This document shows positions 44,494 through 53,724 of a stretch of DNA of 64,000 nucleotides, piece by piece. The DNA is taken from positions 50,557,610 through 50,621,609 of the forward strand of contig NC_068995.1 in the NCBI RefSeq assembly GCF_001194135.2, read 5' to 3'. This DNA comes from Octopus bimaculoides (lineage: Eukaryota). Position 1 is the first letter of the stretch; each line of letters begins with the position of its first letter. The notes below the pieces were generated by a model, which saw nothing but the letters and a program-made list of their open reading frames with translations, had not been told where the DNA came from and did not search any database. The position numbers and the translations under genes were made by a program.

Positions 44494-45360
44494 CACTCTC
44501 CTCTCACTCTCTCTTACACTCTCCTTCTCTCCCTCCCCCCTCTCTCAAACTCTCCATCTCTCACTCACTCCCCTCTCTCTACCCCACAGAAGACCATCCC
44601 TGCCAACAACTTACATGCTTCAAAACGCCTTTATCAAGCAGGCTCTGTTTCTTCGCTGTCATAACAAAATAATGTGTGGCGTCTTTATAGTAGACAATAT
44701 TCTCAAGGTCAATACCAGTCTTTTCCTTAAGCTGATGAAAGAACTTTTGATTGTAAATAAATGCAACTCCACTGATTTCCTCTACTCGAGCCTCAGCTTG
44801 TGTGTTTCGGTTGATGAAGTTTGCTGTCACAGCAATGGCCAGTTTGCCTCGGAATTCTTTTCTCTGAAACCCTACAAGATGAGGAATCACAAAGAGAGAG
44901 AGAAGCAGATTGAATGTTAGAAAGTTTCTATAATTGAGGTAGAAATAGGTGTAAAAAAAAAACAGACAGACAGACAAATAGATACATTGATAGGAAGATG
45001 TGGAGAGAGAGGAAGGGAGAAGGAAGGAAGGAAGGAAAAGAAAAAGTAAAAAGAAAGGAAGAGAGAGACAGAAAGAAAGAAAGAAAGATAGGGAAAAAGG
45101 CAGATAGTGTTAGACAGGTAAGTAAACAGACATGTAGACAGATAGAGGTTTATGGATATAGAGGCACCGGTGGCTTTTGTGGGGTTTTCCATGAGGACCT
45201 TAAAGCACCTTCCCTATTAGGAGTTTTAATTTGTTCAATTTTAATTGTTATTTATCTTGTTTACACGTGGAAAACCCATTGTATCATGCCGTTTTTGTCT
45301 TTTATGTTGTTGTATGTCCTTTAATGTTAGTTTATCTGAGCCCTTGTGGCTAATAAAATA

Positions 45361-45392
<32 letters not shown>

Positions 45393-48300
45393 CATCATCA
45401 TTACCATTATATCTTCCATGTGATATGTATGACTTTAGTCTTTCATTTCAGAGAGATATTGGTTTCATTGCGTATTAGGGGAGTCAGAAGACAATGCGTC
45501 TCTAATTACTGAGGTATGAAGGGATTTGAATTTGTTCAGAGTACTTATTTATCCCTCCTTGTGAAATATTATTTCTAATTTGTAAATGTATGGTGAGAGC
45601 TGGTGCAGAGAGGAGCTAAGACTTAAGAAAATGTTATGTTAATGTCATCTGTAAAGTTAACATTGAGATTAGGAAATATAAATAAATAACCAGTTTGAAT
45701 TACCTTCTAATGTGTTTCTTTTGCCATCAGCACCAATAAGAACATCAAACTGATATTCTGATACAGGATGGTTTGCTGGATTAACCAGTGCACGCCATCC
45801 AATTTCTGTAATACAAAGAACACATATGATCAGTGAAGTGACTTTAAGATATGTAAATATAAACAACCAAAATGTCTGAATTTTTTTACATGTTTGTCAT
45901 CAAAATACAAATAATTTTATAGAAAACAAACTTTATAAATCAATTAAATGGGAGAATCATATTAGCCATTCAAAACCATAGAAACTGTTAACTCCACTCA
46001 ATCATTTAACTCTTCAGCATTTAAACTGGTCATTTCTGGCCCAAATATTCTACGTGCTTTATGTTCAAACAGGCCAGATCCAACTTTTCACACCTACCCT
46101 TCAATGTCATTCTAAAAATAAACGATCACATCATTGAAATCTTGAAGCTTCGAGATAATGCATCATTAATTCAAACCAAAGTGAATAAATAAGCAATACA
46201 TTTCACAAACTAATCTGAATGCTAAAGGATTAATATTTGGTGACAAAATTTTCATTGCATTATCTACACCCTAGTCACAGATTTTGTGGTTTTGAATGGC
46301 TGATATGTGTCTCCCATGATATAATTGTTTCAGTTTCAGTATACAATCTCAGATCAAACTGTTGCCAGACAAGTACAACTCTGAAACTCTATTTAAAAAT
46401 ATCACAAAGTTTCAAAGTTTCACTTGATAAAATACATTCAGTGAAAACTGATGATAAAAAGGATATTTGAGCCTAGTTTCATTTGAGTTATATAAATTCT
46501 TGTAATAGTTCTTCTTGTTTAATATAATCAGACATTGTCTGCTAAATGGTGGGAAATGGTTACCTGGTCATTTACAGAATTTTTGCCTTCAAATATGATT
46601 TATCAGAACAAAAATAATGAAAACTTTTATCCATTAAGATAACTTAGTTTGTACAATTTCAAAATTATTCTTGATTTTCTTCCATATAATTTTATTTTGT
46701 ATATTAATTTCCTGCTTGATGAATATCCATTATAATGTATATATTGATTAGAATATACATACACACAGATAAAAGGGTTTAAACTGCTTTTTCTTAGAAA
46801 CAACACTGTCCATGTGAGTAAGCATGGCAACAGATGGCTGCATTGGCTTCCATTGAAGAGGTAGAAGAGGACAATACTCTGATTCTTACATTTATAATTC
46901 TATCCATTTCAGAATTATTTTAAAAATCGTAATACTCTGTAAACAGCAATGACCTACTTCCAAAGTCAGGTTAGCAAAGTAAGTAATCACCATATATCAT
47001 TGTAACTGGCATAACAAAGTGCCATGCAGTGGGATTGAACACAAGACTACATGGTTGGGAAGCCACACTTGCGCCTTATAATACATTTTCGGTGCATACG
47101 AACTAACAACAGACTAGGCATTCAAGTGTTATCTCCTTATCATTTCTGTCATGTTTAATCCCTTTTGCTCTCAAGCAGCCACAACTGTCAAAATATACAC
47201 CCTGTGCCACAACCAAAAAAAGAAACAATGCACACATGTGGCCGCATGTGGCCCGGCGGAAGCTGGAACTCAACAACCTTTAATCAGGTGGAATATCTTT
47301 AACTACTCAATCACTGTCTGGAGCATTTATTTACTCATTAAGCTTCCCTCCCATTTCCACCATTACTGACAGGAAGTAGGTCTAGTACTCTTCATGATAT
47401 ATTGATTAAATCTATTGTTAATTCCAAATGTGTAGTACCCTTAATCTGATATCTCTCTTAACATGTCTCCAGGCCAGTTGTAGAATTTTCCTTTCATCAT
47501 AATGCATGAACAGAAGACAAAGTTTAAAAACAAAAAATGGATAAATAAATAAAATAATAGATGATCATGAACTAAAGTAATTAATAAAAAATAGATAGTT
47601 ACTAATTAAAAGCAATAAAAAAAAAATGGTTGTGGATCCAAAGAAAAAAAAATTTGATGTTAAGGTAAGAAAAAAATAATTTCTTATATCAGATAATCTA
47701 AATTGATATTTAGTTAACAATTCAAATTTTTGTTTAAAAGTCATAAGGGTTGGATCAGTCTTCTAATTTTAACAGCATTTACCAAACCTTAGAAATATAT
47801 GTATCACAGATCATTAACCTTTAGCATGCTTAGGTGTATCATGGCGCCATACAAGTTTTCTCCCCTATTATGCTCAGACAACCAGCTCGAGTTTGGCCAT
47901 GCTTTGACATCCATAGCAACAGATCACTTTCCAGCTTTTGTTTAGCTCACCAGTAATGACTCACAAAGCGCAAGCGCCTTTCCCTAGTGATATTGGAAAC
48001 AGGTAAGAGATCTCCATACAGGTGTAACTTGGCAGGATGAGTTCTCCAAGATATGTTTAAGACTGCTCTTAACATTCATGTGTAAGTTCCATCTAAATTA
48101 ATTTCCAGTTTTCTGGTAATCATCCAGGCTGTAAATAACCAAAACTAACAGAAGAAATGCCAGAACTTACTTTCTTTGCTTTGATCAGCCGGGGGTTCTA
48201 AAAGATTCTCAAACGATACATTGTAGTGCACCTCCACACCAAAAATAAGAGCAACTTTTAACAGAATGCACTGAAGTTGACGGATACCTGAAGAAAAAAA

Positions 48301-51019
48301 CAGAACATTCACAACCAATTTTATTGCCATAATACAAAGATTTGTTTAACAGACAGTTAGTTAGTCATACACTGAACGAATAATTACTAAATGGCCATTG
48401 ACCAACATTTCAAGCTAGACATTTTGTTAACTCTTCTATGACCATATTTTTTTTAATGAAACACATTGTATATAGTTTTTCAATCAATTTTGATAAATAT
48501 TGAAGAATTTGGCTAGAGTTAATAAAATAACTGTTACTATTATTAACCCTTTGGGGTTTATTAACCTCAAAGGCAGCAAGCTGGAAGAATTATTAGCATG
48601 CTAGGCAAAATGCTTAGAGGAATTTCTGTCTTTACATTCCGAGTTCAAATTCTGTCTATCTTTCATTCTGGGGGGGGNNNNNNNNNNNNNNNNNNNNNNN
48701 NNNNNNNNNNNNNNNNNNNNNNNNNNNNNAAAATAGGTACCAGTTGATCACTGGGGTTGATATAACTGATTTACCCACTCCCCTGAAATTGCTGGCCTTG
48801 TGCCAAAATCTGAAGCCATTATTAACTCTTTAGCATTCAGACGACTGTCAAGTGTAATGCTTACTTATTCACTGTTTGTAATTAATCATTCATTATCTCA
48901 CAGCTTTGAGATGTTGGTGATATGACTGTTTATTTTTAGAATGACATTGTAAGGTAAATGTGAGAAACTGGATATAGGTGGTTTGAATATTAAACAGGTG
49001 GGACATTTTGGTCAAATATGGCCAGTTTAAATGCTAAAAGGTTAAGCTAATGTTTGGAACATAAAAAGTTTTGCCACAGAAGAAAGCTAGGATTTAAATT
49101 TAATTAAGAATACTTTAAAATGGATCATATTTCTAACAAAATATACAGCCTGTGATTTTTCAATTAATTTTTTTTTAATAATTGAGAATTTGAAAGAATT
49201 TAGTAAAATGACTAAATTTTTCATTATTAAACTGGTGTTTAAAACATATAAATAACATTCTAGAAGGTTTTAAATTTAATCCTTTTATAGATATATCCAC
49301 TCAAAATTTCAATAGTGTTAAGTGCAGAAAGCAGTTTTATATATCAACGTGTCTTTGTTGAAGAATGTCTTGTTTGAAATTGTTTTATGTTGAGACATGT
49401 CAAGTTTACCGAGGAAATGTGAGTTACAGAAAACATCAATTCTATTTTTTAGTCAACATCTAAAAATATTATTAGTCAAATAACCGTAAAATTAAATTTT
49501 ACAGTTAGAGAGTTAAACGATAAGTCAAGCTAAATGATCCAAGGCATTTTGTTCTCTGGTGTTCTATAATATCTGATCTCCATAAAATTAACACTTAACG
49601 ATTGTGATATTCATGAAAAACAGGAAACAAGAAAATTGAATAATCTCTTCAGAAGTGAATGTAAATCAGTCAAACTTACTTATATGATCAATGGAACCAG
49701 CACAGAACTTCCCAAAGAACTTCTTGGCACCAAAATTCTTCAGGTCAGTTATAAGGAATGGCCAAAGATGTAGGACATTATTACGAGAAAAGCTATCTCG
49801 TTTCTCTAACACCACGGCCTTCCCACCCAGCAAAGCAATCTCTATCGCTGTCCTCAAACCACATGGTCCTGAACCAATGATGAGTACCTGAAATAAAAAT
49901 AACAATATGATATATATATATATATATATATATAGCAGAAAGGAGTTCAGTTTAAATAATATACTCTACAACAAGTGTTGAGTACTTTCTTTCTCATTCA
50001 GGACAAAAGATAATGTTTGAATGTTATGTATGTCTTTTTTTTTTATCCATTTACTTATTTAGTTATTCATCTAAAGGTGAGGTTTCTCTCCATCTCTACA
50101 TAGTTTCTTCCCTTTTTTATGGTGACTGACTGAGAAAATGCTGTCAAAAATGGAAGCAAGAAATTTAAAATGGTCACAGAGAATAGCCTCGGCTTCAAAT
50201 ATACGAGTAGACTACTGCAGGTATTTAAAAGTTCTTTTTCTTCAGCTGTATATTTAAATGTGTGTGTGTGTGTGTGTGTGCACTTAATTTGTACAATTTA
50301 TATGGCTGTGTGGTAAGTAGCTTGCTTCTCAACCACATGGTTCCGGGTTCAGTCCCACTGCATGGCACCTTTGCAAGTGTCTTCTACTACAGCCTCGAGC
50401 CAACCAAAGCCTTGTGAGTGGATTTGGTAGATGGAAACTGAAAGAAGCCTGTTGTGTGTGCATATATATCTATATCATCATCATCATCATATATATATAT
50501 ATAATGTATGTATGTATGTGTCTGTGTCTGTCCCCACTCCCCACCATCACTTGACAACCGATGCTGGTGTGTTTATGTCCCCGTAACTTAGCGGTTTGGC
50601 AAATGCTACATTCACAGCTAATAAATCCTGTTTTAAGTGCTTTTTCCTAATTGCAGGTAAAAGCAAAAAAATTGTTTTTTATTCAAGAAGTATTTTAAGT
50701 GAGAGGTGTGAAAGCCACATATGAAACTTATCAGAATTTAACAACCTACCTTGGTATTTGTGCAAGCTTCGCCTTTTCTGTATTCCTTGTGGCTTGCTCT
50801 TTTGTCCAGCTTGGCCCACAGTGACTGAGCTTTCCATGATGTCAATCTCAATTTCAACCTTCGATAGAAATGTCGGTGATCCGTCTGTTTAATGTCCAAG
50901 GCATCGCAGAGTAGTTGGAATGTATGTAAGATAGATTTACATGTCCCTGCATTCACAAACTGGTCAAACAGTACATTTGGGTCTCCACTGTACCCACTTT
51001 CTGGCGCAGAAGTCTCCAT
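627..51019 (-). CDS. MICAL: MICAL F-actin monooxygenase (MICAL2/3-like), 19-exon partial CDS: monooxygenase + CH + LIM + acidic linker; 3' end outside window
   Basis: Hand-spliced GT-AG exons give an uninterrupted 3040-nt frame. Motifs: GSGPCG (GxGxxG), [32 protein letters not shown] domain ([23 protein letters not shown]...[11 protein letters not shown]), LIM (CYFC...H-x2-C-x2-C-x2-C...C-x2-H) and [10 protein letters not shown]. Confidence 0.97.
4881..5080 (-). mobile_element. 3' fragment of an RLE-type non-LTR retrotransposon (HERO/NeSL-like)
   Basis: Translates to [18 protein letters not shown]...[15 protein letters not shown], matching EVGxRGF...SRWIW with both Trp codons mutated to stops. 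Confidence 0.7.
5932..6475 (+). mobile_element. Nested SINEs: inner tRNA-derived SINE 6078-6406 inserted in an older SINE
   Basis: 16-bp TSD TAAATGAGTTCCAGCA at 6062-6077 and 6407-6422; a related inner-family copy lies at about 24360-24640. Confidence 0.75.
8683..8885 (-). mobile_element. SINE family A (tRNA head + Meta-like domain)
   Basis: CTGGTACTTATTTT...AAGGCAAAGTCAACCTC...TTTGAACTCAG core repeated more than 12 times in the window. Confidence 0.8.
10047..10252. mobile_element. MITE with C(C/T)GTATTTTCC termini (Tc2/pogo-like), TA TSD
   Basis: About 25-bp imperfect TIRs with TA on both flanks; second copy at 18446-18639. Confidence 0.7.
11207..11444. mobile_element. 238-bp Tc1/mariner-type MITE
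   Basis: 37-bp TIRs (34/37 match) CAGGTTTGGCCAAAAGTCACCAGACAGTAAATCAAAA; TA on both sides. Confidence 0.85.
12060..12510 (+). mobile_element. Decayed reverse-transcriptase fragment of a non-LTR element (R4/Dong-like)
   Basis: [24 protein letters not shown] and a YKHL-like segment match the post-YxDD region; many stops and frameshifts. Confidence 0.65.
12919..13446 (+). mobile_element. Tc1/mariner (maT/DD37D-like) 5' remnant with N-terminal transposase fragment
   Basis: TA|CAGGGT..GGTAAATTGT terminus; [24 protein letters not shown]; same 5' end as the element at 59830-60404. Confidence 0.7.
16325..16560. repeat. Degenerate ~25-bp minisatellite (AGCTGTAATCCAGTAGTATCCAAT-like)
   Basis: Recurrent GCTGT(A/G)ATC and GTGGTACCTA units. 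Confidence 0.55.
16870..17650 (-). mobile_element. Head-to-tail cluster of 3-4 family A SINEs separated by (AAT)n
   Basis: Family A core repeated in the same orientation. Confidence 0.8.
18446..18639. mobile_element. Second copy of the Tc2/pogo-like MITE
   Basis: Colinear similarity to 10047-10252. Confidence 0.65.
19865..20090. repeat. 30-bp minisatellite, about 6-7 units (GGGACACACCAGACATGTTGGAGTACATAG)
   Basis: Direct inspection. Confidence 0.9.
21915..22420 (-). mobile_element. Cluster of decayed family A SINEs
   Basis: Family A core motifs after an (ATT)n tract. Confidence 0.7.
22470..22745. repeat. Degenerate 20-21-bp minisatellite (GTGTTAGTGTGCACATCTAT-like)
   Basis: TTAGTG recurs at 20-21-bp spacing. 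Confidence 0.8.
23710..24055. repeat. (GAA/GAG)n purine-rich low-complexity tract
   Basis: Almost purely A/G. Confidence 0.9.
25451..25640 (-). CDS. MICAL: MICAL exon 18 (APKVKDD...[29 protein letters not shown]...SSDS), 190 nt
   Basis: CCTCTTGCAG| acceptor, GA|GTAAGT donor; TPER(I/V)E.ENY and E.EHNL motifs as in MICAL3. Confidence 0.92.
26052..26157 (-). CDS. MICAL: MICAL exon 17 ([35 protein letters not shown]), 106 nt; absent from the ORF track
   Basis: GTTACAG| acceptor, G|GTAAGT donor, phase 0 to 1, open Pro/Ser-rich frame. Confidence 0.85.
26385..27005 (-). mobile_element. Head-to-tail cluster of three family A SINEs
   Basis: Three cores separated by (AAT)n. Confidence 0.8.
27020..27310 (+). 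mobile_element. RLE-domain fragment of an R4/Dong-like non-LTR retrotransposon
   Basis: Frameshifted QPDI...[10 protein letters not shown]...YQDLELE...[12 protein letters not shown] matches RPD...D.A.P.D...KYxDL...VPVVIGALG. Confidence 0.7.
27991..28067 (-). CDS. MICAL: MICAL exon 16, LIM end ([26 protein letters not shown]), 77 nt
   Basis: CTTTTAG| acceptor, AAG|GTCAGT donor; supplies the last C-x2-H ligands. Confidence 0.92.
28905..29097 (-). CDS. MICAL: MICAL exon 15, LIM domain (TSNPTLL...[31 protein letters not shown]...TGE), 193 nt
   Basis: CACATTAG| acceptor, G|GTATTC donor; LIM zinc ligands. Confidence 0.95.
30572..30623. promoter_or_regulatory. RFX X-box (GTTGCTATGGCAAC) plus NF-Y-type CCAAT box (AACCAATCAG)
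   Basis: One mismatch to the GTTGCCATGGCAAC palindrome at 30572-30585; CCAAT at 30619-30623. Confidence 0.45.
31050..31256 (-). CDS. MICAL: MICAL exon 14 (NRAPVELK...[16 protein letters not shown]...PAIKRI), 207 nt
   Basis: TTACAG| acceptor, |GTAAGT donor; KV..MA..L..KF motif typical of the MICAL pre-LIM region. Confidence 0.9.
31310..32080 (-). mobile_element. Cluster of family A SINEs with a long (AAT)n
   Basis: 3-4 cores in the same orientation. Confidence 0.8.
32107..32175 (-). CDS. MICAL: Probable MICAL exon 13 ([23 protein letters not shown]), 69 nt, phase 0-0
   Basis: TTCTTCTTCAG| acceptor, GAG|GTAAAT donor, open frame, GC-richer than flanks; no homology that I recognise. Confidence 0.6.
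33301..33418. repeat. Near-perfect inverted repeat (58-bp arms, 2-nt spacer)
   Basis: 55/58 positions complementary by manual alignment. Confidence 0.95.
33507..33616 (-). CDS. MICAL: MICAL exon 12 ([37 protein letters not shown]), 110 nt; absent from the ORF track
   Basis: Long polypyrimidine tract TTTTTTTCAG|, |GTAAGT donor, phase 1 to 0; resembles the post-CH RSP..S.L.K basic segment of MICALs. Confidence 0.88.
35460..35850 (-). mobile_element. SINE family B (tRNA head, CORE-like segment, internal TA/CA microsatellite)
   Basis: Same family at about 41160-41515, 42980-43160 and 59440-59810 (minus) and 50300-50610 and 57505-57650 (plus). Confidence 0.75.
36439..36586 (-). CDS. MICAL: MICAL exon 11, CH domain C-part ([17 protein letters not shown]...KEKHPK), 148 nt
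   Basis: GTGCAG| acceptor; donor C|GTACGT chosen because it gives phase 1, matching the next exon. Confidence 0.9.
36880..37150. mobile_element. Possible Penelope-like terminal repeat fragment
   Basis: GTTTCGGC...TTCATCAG motif typical of PLE ends; no ORF. Confidence 0.4.
37262..37310 (-). CDS. MICAL: MICAL exon 10, CH domain ([17 protein letters not shown]), 49 nt
   Basis: TTTCTAG| acceptor, |GTGAGT donor; bridges phase 2 to 0 and matches the CH consensus DFxSL...xNNQL. Confidence 0.92.
37875..38315 (+). mobile_element. Mariner remnant: degenerate TIRs plus transposase C-terminus
   Basis: GGAAAGTTCCTGG near 37885 and CAGGAATTTTTCAGCCCCACCTCGTA at the right end; [15 protein letters not shown] resembles the mariner C-terminus. 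Confidence 0.6.
39021..39174 (-). CDS. MICAL: MICAL exon 9, CH domain N-part ([14 protein letters not shown]...IHTFRPDL), 154 nt
   Basis: TTTCAG| acceptor, |GTAAGT donor; CH signature. Confidence 0.95.
40195..40350 (+). mobile_element. RTE-type LINE/SINE 3' tail
   Basis: Ends GCATGGAAAGCGGACGTTAAA(CGA)n; nearly the reverse complement of 60845-61039. Confidence 0.7.
40579..40703 (-). CDS. MICAL: MICAL exon 8 ([18 protein letters not shown]...KKPRN), 125 nt
   Basis: TTTCTAG| acceptor, G|GTAAAT donor; completes the TRYPNL motif. Confidence 0.93.
41160..41515 (-). mobile_element. SINE family B
   Basis: Colinear with 35460-35850. Confidence 0.7.
42692..42897 (-). CDS. MICAL: MICAL exon 7 ([14 protein letters not shown]...YTIDPNTR), 206 nt
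   Basis: TTTTCAG| acceptor, AG|GTATGT donor, phase 0 to 2. Confidence 0.96.
43544..43801 (-). CDS. MICAL: MICAL exon 6 ([16 protein letters not shown]...ALVGDSLLE), 258 nt
   Basis: TTTCCCAG| acceptor, |GTGAGT donor; GD motif. Confidence 0.96.
44615..44871 (-). CDS. MICAL: MICAL exon 5 ([19 protein letters not shown]...[20 protein letters not shown]), 257 nt
   Basis: TTGTAG| acceptor, |GTAAGT donor, phase 1 to 0. Confidence 0.97.
45704..45805 (-). CDS. MICAL: MICAL exon 4 (IGWRALVNP...[14 protein letters not shown]), 102 nt
   Basis: TACAG| acceptor, G|GTAATT donor; DG motif. Confidence 0.96.
46010..46229. mobile_element. TTAA-flanked MITE (piggyBac-like)
   Basis: TTAA|CTCTTCAGCATT...AATGCTAAAGGA|TTAA; inverted relative of 48826-49041. 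Confidence 0.7.
48171..48287 (-). CDS. MICAL: MICAL exon 3 ([19 protein letters not shown]...DQSKE), 117 nt
   Basis: TTCTTCAG| acceptor, |GTAAGT donor, phase 1 to 1. Confidence 0.96.
48566..48820 (+). mobile_element. SINE family A, opposite orientation (spans a gap)
   Basis: AAGGCAGCAAGCTGG head, GAGTTCAAATTC B box, GGTACCAGTTG...GGCCTTGTGCC tail. Confidence 0.75.
48826..49041. mobile_element. TTAA-flanked MITE (piggyBac-like)
   Basis: TTAA|CTCTTTAGCATT...AATGCTAAAAGG|TTAA. Confidence 0.75.
49680..49887 (-). CDS. MICAL: MICAL exon 2 ([16 protein letters not shown]...AGSIDHI), 208 nt, FAD-binding GxGxxG
   Basis: TTTCAG| acceptor, |GTAAGT donor, phase 0 to 1. Confidence 0.97.
50300..50610 (+). 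mobile_element. SINE family B, plus orientation
   Basis: TGGCTGTGTGGTAAG (A box) and GGTTCAGTCCC (B box) followed by the family body. Confidence 0.8.
50750..51019 (-). CDS. MICAL: MICAL coding exon 1 (METSAPES...EACTNTK), 270 coding nt
   Basis: ATG at 51019; acceptor TTTCTTTGCAG before 51037 with an in-frame TAA right after it; donor AAG|GTAGGT; [16 protein letters not shown] motif. Confidence 0.95.
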
Positions 51020-52744
51020 CGCGCATGGTTGCAGTTACTGCAAAGAAACAAACATAATAAATGTTAAGTTAATTATTCTATTCAATCATCACCATCATCA
51101 AATTTTAATTTTTACTTTTGTGTTTTTTTAAATTCTGAGAGAATGACATTTCCACACTGTTAAGCTTCCTTTTCCATGTTCGATAAGAAAACTAAATACA
51201 TTTTTTTGAAACAGTTTGCTCTTTGTACACTGTCTGGGAAGTCTTAGAGAGGCACATGGACACTGCCCCTCTTCTTGTGATAAATTAATTTACAAAAGAA
51301 AATTTGTATGTCCTAAATTTATGTACCTGTATTTCGGCAAGATTCATATTCATAAACTATTATTTCACACCGGATTCTAATCTCCTTAAATCTTAAATGC
51401 TAGACCATGATCACAAACACAGATATATAAAAAATGATGACCAATTCTGATGAATGCAAGAAAAATAAAAAATAAACAATACAAAAAAAAAGAACAGATG
51501 TCAACTGCCTGAAAAAAGATGACCTCAAAAGCTCCAAAATGTCATTGTATTAATATTAACATAATAGAGACTTCACATGTATGCACAGGTTGGAAGTGTC
51601 TGCAAATTATGACCTGGAAGTGTCAATACATTATTTTTATTGCTCTCTGCTGCGAAGCAACTTCGTAAACATAGTCATGCCTGCACCCACATGCAGACAT
51701 GTATATACATATATCATCATCATCATCATCATTTAATGTCTGTGACAGACATTGGAGCTTAATGTATTCCTCTGACATCAAACCCATGCCACTATGGAAG
51801 ATGGACATTAAATGATGATGATGACAATGATCCATACTGACATGGTAGCATTAAGCAGCCCGAGGACTGCATTGGTCCCCAGTTGTCTGCTTTGGCATGG
51901 CTTCTATGGCTGGATTCCCTTCCTAGCATCAACCCCTATAAAGAGTGTACTGGGTACATTTTTCATGGCACCAGCACTAGTGGAGTTACCAATCAACGTG
52001 CAAGACAAGACCCCTTCATAGGGTGGGGTTGCAATATTGAGGAAGGTGGTAATCAGGTGCCCTAATCACTGTCACCTTGTCTTGAATAGAAATAAGAAAA
52101 TCTCTCAAGATCACCTGCAGATTTGAAGGGGAAGGGCTGCAAATTTGTCGAAAAGATAGACTATATAATCATCTGTATGGAGTCTAGCTCAAGAGAGGTG
52201 AAAGCACACAGCCTAGTGGTTAGAGTGAAACAATTTATGATAGTAAGGTATTGGTTCAATTTCTGGATCAGACAGCACAATCTGTCCTTGGGCAAGGCAT
52301 TTCACACCATGTTACTTCAGTCCATCCAAATGAAAGACACTTATTTAATATAGTGCTGGTGAAGTCCTCTCCCCTTTCCACTGGTCACACCTTGAATGTT
52401 TCACAGGATCAAGGGCAGAAAAGTTTGAAAGAATACCTGTGTCTACTTGCCACCACATAAATACCTAAAACAATTAGCAAAAGTATAAGACATGCTATCA
52501 AATACACTGTGTCTGAGAAAAGGTAGATGGTCACGTCTAGAATGTCTTTGATCACAAGTTTGTTAAATCAGAACTGACCTAGGAGATAAACAACAAAAAC
52601 CATTTTCCAGTAAATCATGAATTCCAAAAATATCTTCTACTTACATAAGGATTGAATCACAATTTAACTATGAGGAAACAAAGAAAAAGAACAAAAAAGG
52701 GAGGTGTGGATTAAGGAGCAGAAGATGCAGTGGGTGAGAGTACA

Positions 52745-52985
52745 CCTCAAAACAAATGTTGTGTCCAGCCGTGTCCTGCGGACATGACTGCTCTGATGTA
52801 GCAGTGAAGTATGGTCAGCGACACCTCCTGCTGCAACTACTCCACCTCGAGGGCTTCATTTGTCAGATGCGCAGAAGTTGTCTCAATTTTGTGGAAGAAA
52901 TTAGCAGTGTAGGGTCTGAGAACACCTGAGGTCTTGACAGCAACTGGCACAAACTGATAGCGACCAGCACTTGTTTGTAAATGGG
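52745..52985 (-). mobile_element. RLE C-terminal fragment of a CRE-like non-LTR retrotransposon
   Basis: AGRYQFVPVAVKTSGVL...FFHKI...*LQQEVSLTILH...AVM matches Y.F.PVAVET.G...QR.S.A..RGNA. Confidence 0.6.
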
Positions 52986-53724
52986 TGCTGTTGGTTTTTT
53001 TTTTCCCCTTTTTTTCATATGTGATAGGTATTTACCTTATTAACCACCACCCAACCATCCACTTCCAGACCTTACAAAATGAAAATACAACTCCAGCTGG
53101 ATTTCAGTAGATAACAAATGAATGAAGCTAAATACTGCAAGGCATTTTTCTTTATTGATCTCCTATTTCTGCTAGCTACAACATACATACAACCAGTAAC
53201 ACCTACACATCATAACAACAGCAATAACAAATGTGATAAAACCAGCTGTTCTCAAAAGAAAAAAAAAGAGAAACACACACACACACACACACACACAAAA
53301 AAAAACAAAAACATAATGTATGTTTATATTGACTTTTCATTCTGTAAAGTGGATTTATAAAAAATTTATTTTCTGATAACGCTTTTTCATAAAAGTAGAA
53401 AATAAATTAATGTTGCAGAGGATTTTAACAGCATGCATGGAAATATGTTCCATGAGTTCAGCATTCCGACCATTTTCTACAATCAATAATACATGGTTTC
53501 TTATGTTGCTAATACAATATCAGATTCTCTGCTAACATATCAAGTTCTTGGTTAACCAAAAGCTAACCAAAATTTTAAATATATTGTTATAGATTCATTT
53601 CTGGTGTAACAAACTGATAAATTAATTTTTCTCTATCAGTAACAGCATCATCACTGTCATAATCATTGAAAAATATATATGATGATGGTATTGATGAGAA
53701 CAATCATGTAAAGGAAGGATAAAC

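Noticed and set aside
50303-50375. tRNA-like A/B boxes (also 5935, 6085, 24365, 57505)
   Set aside because: These are SINE heads; they continue into SINE bodies and lack a full cloverleaf.
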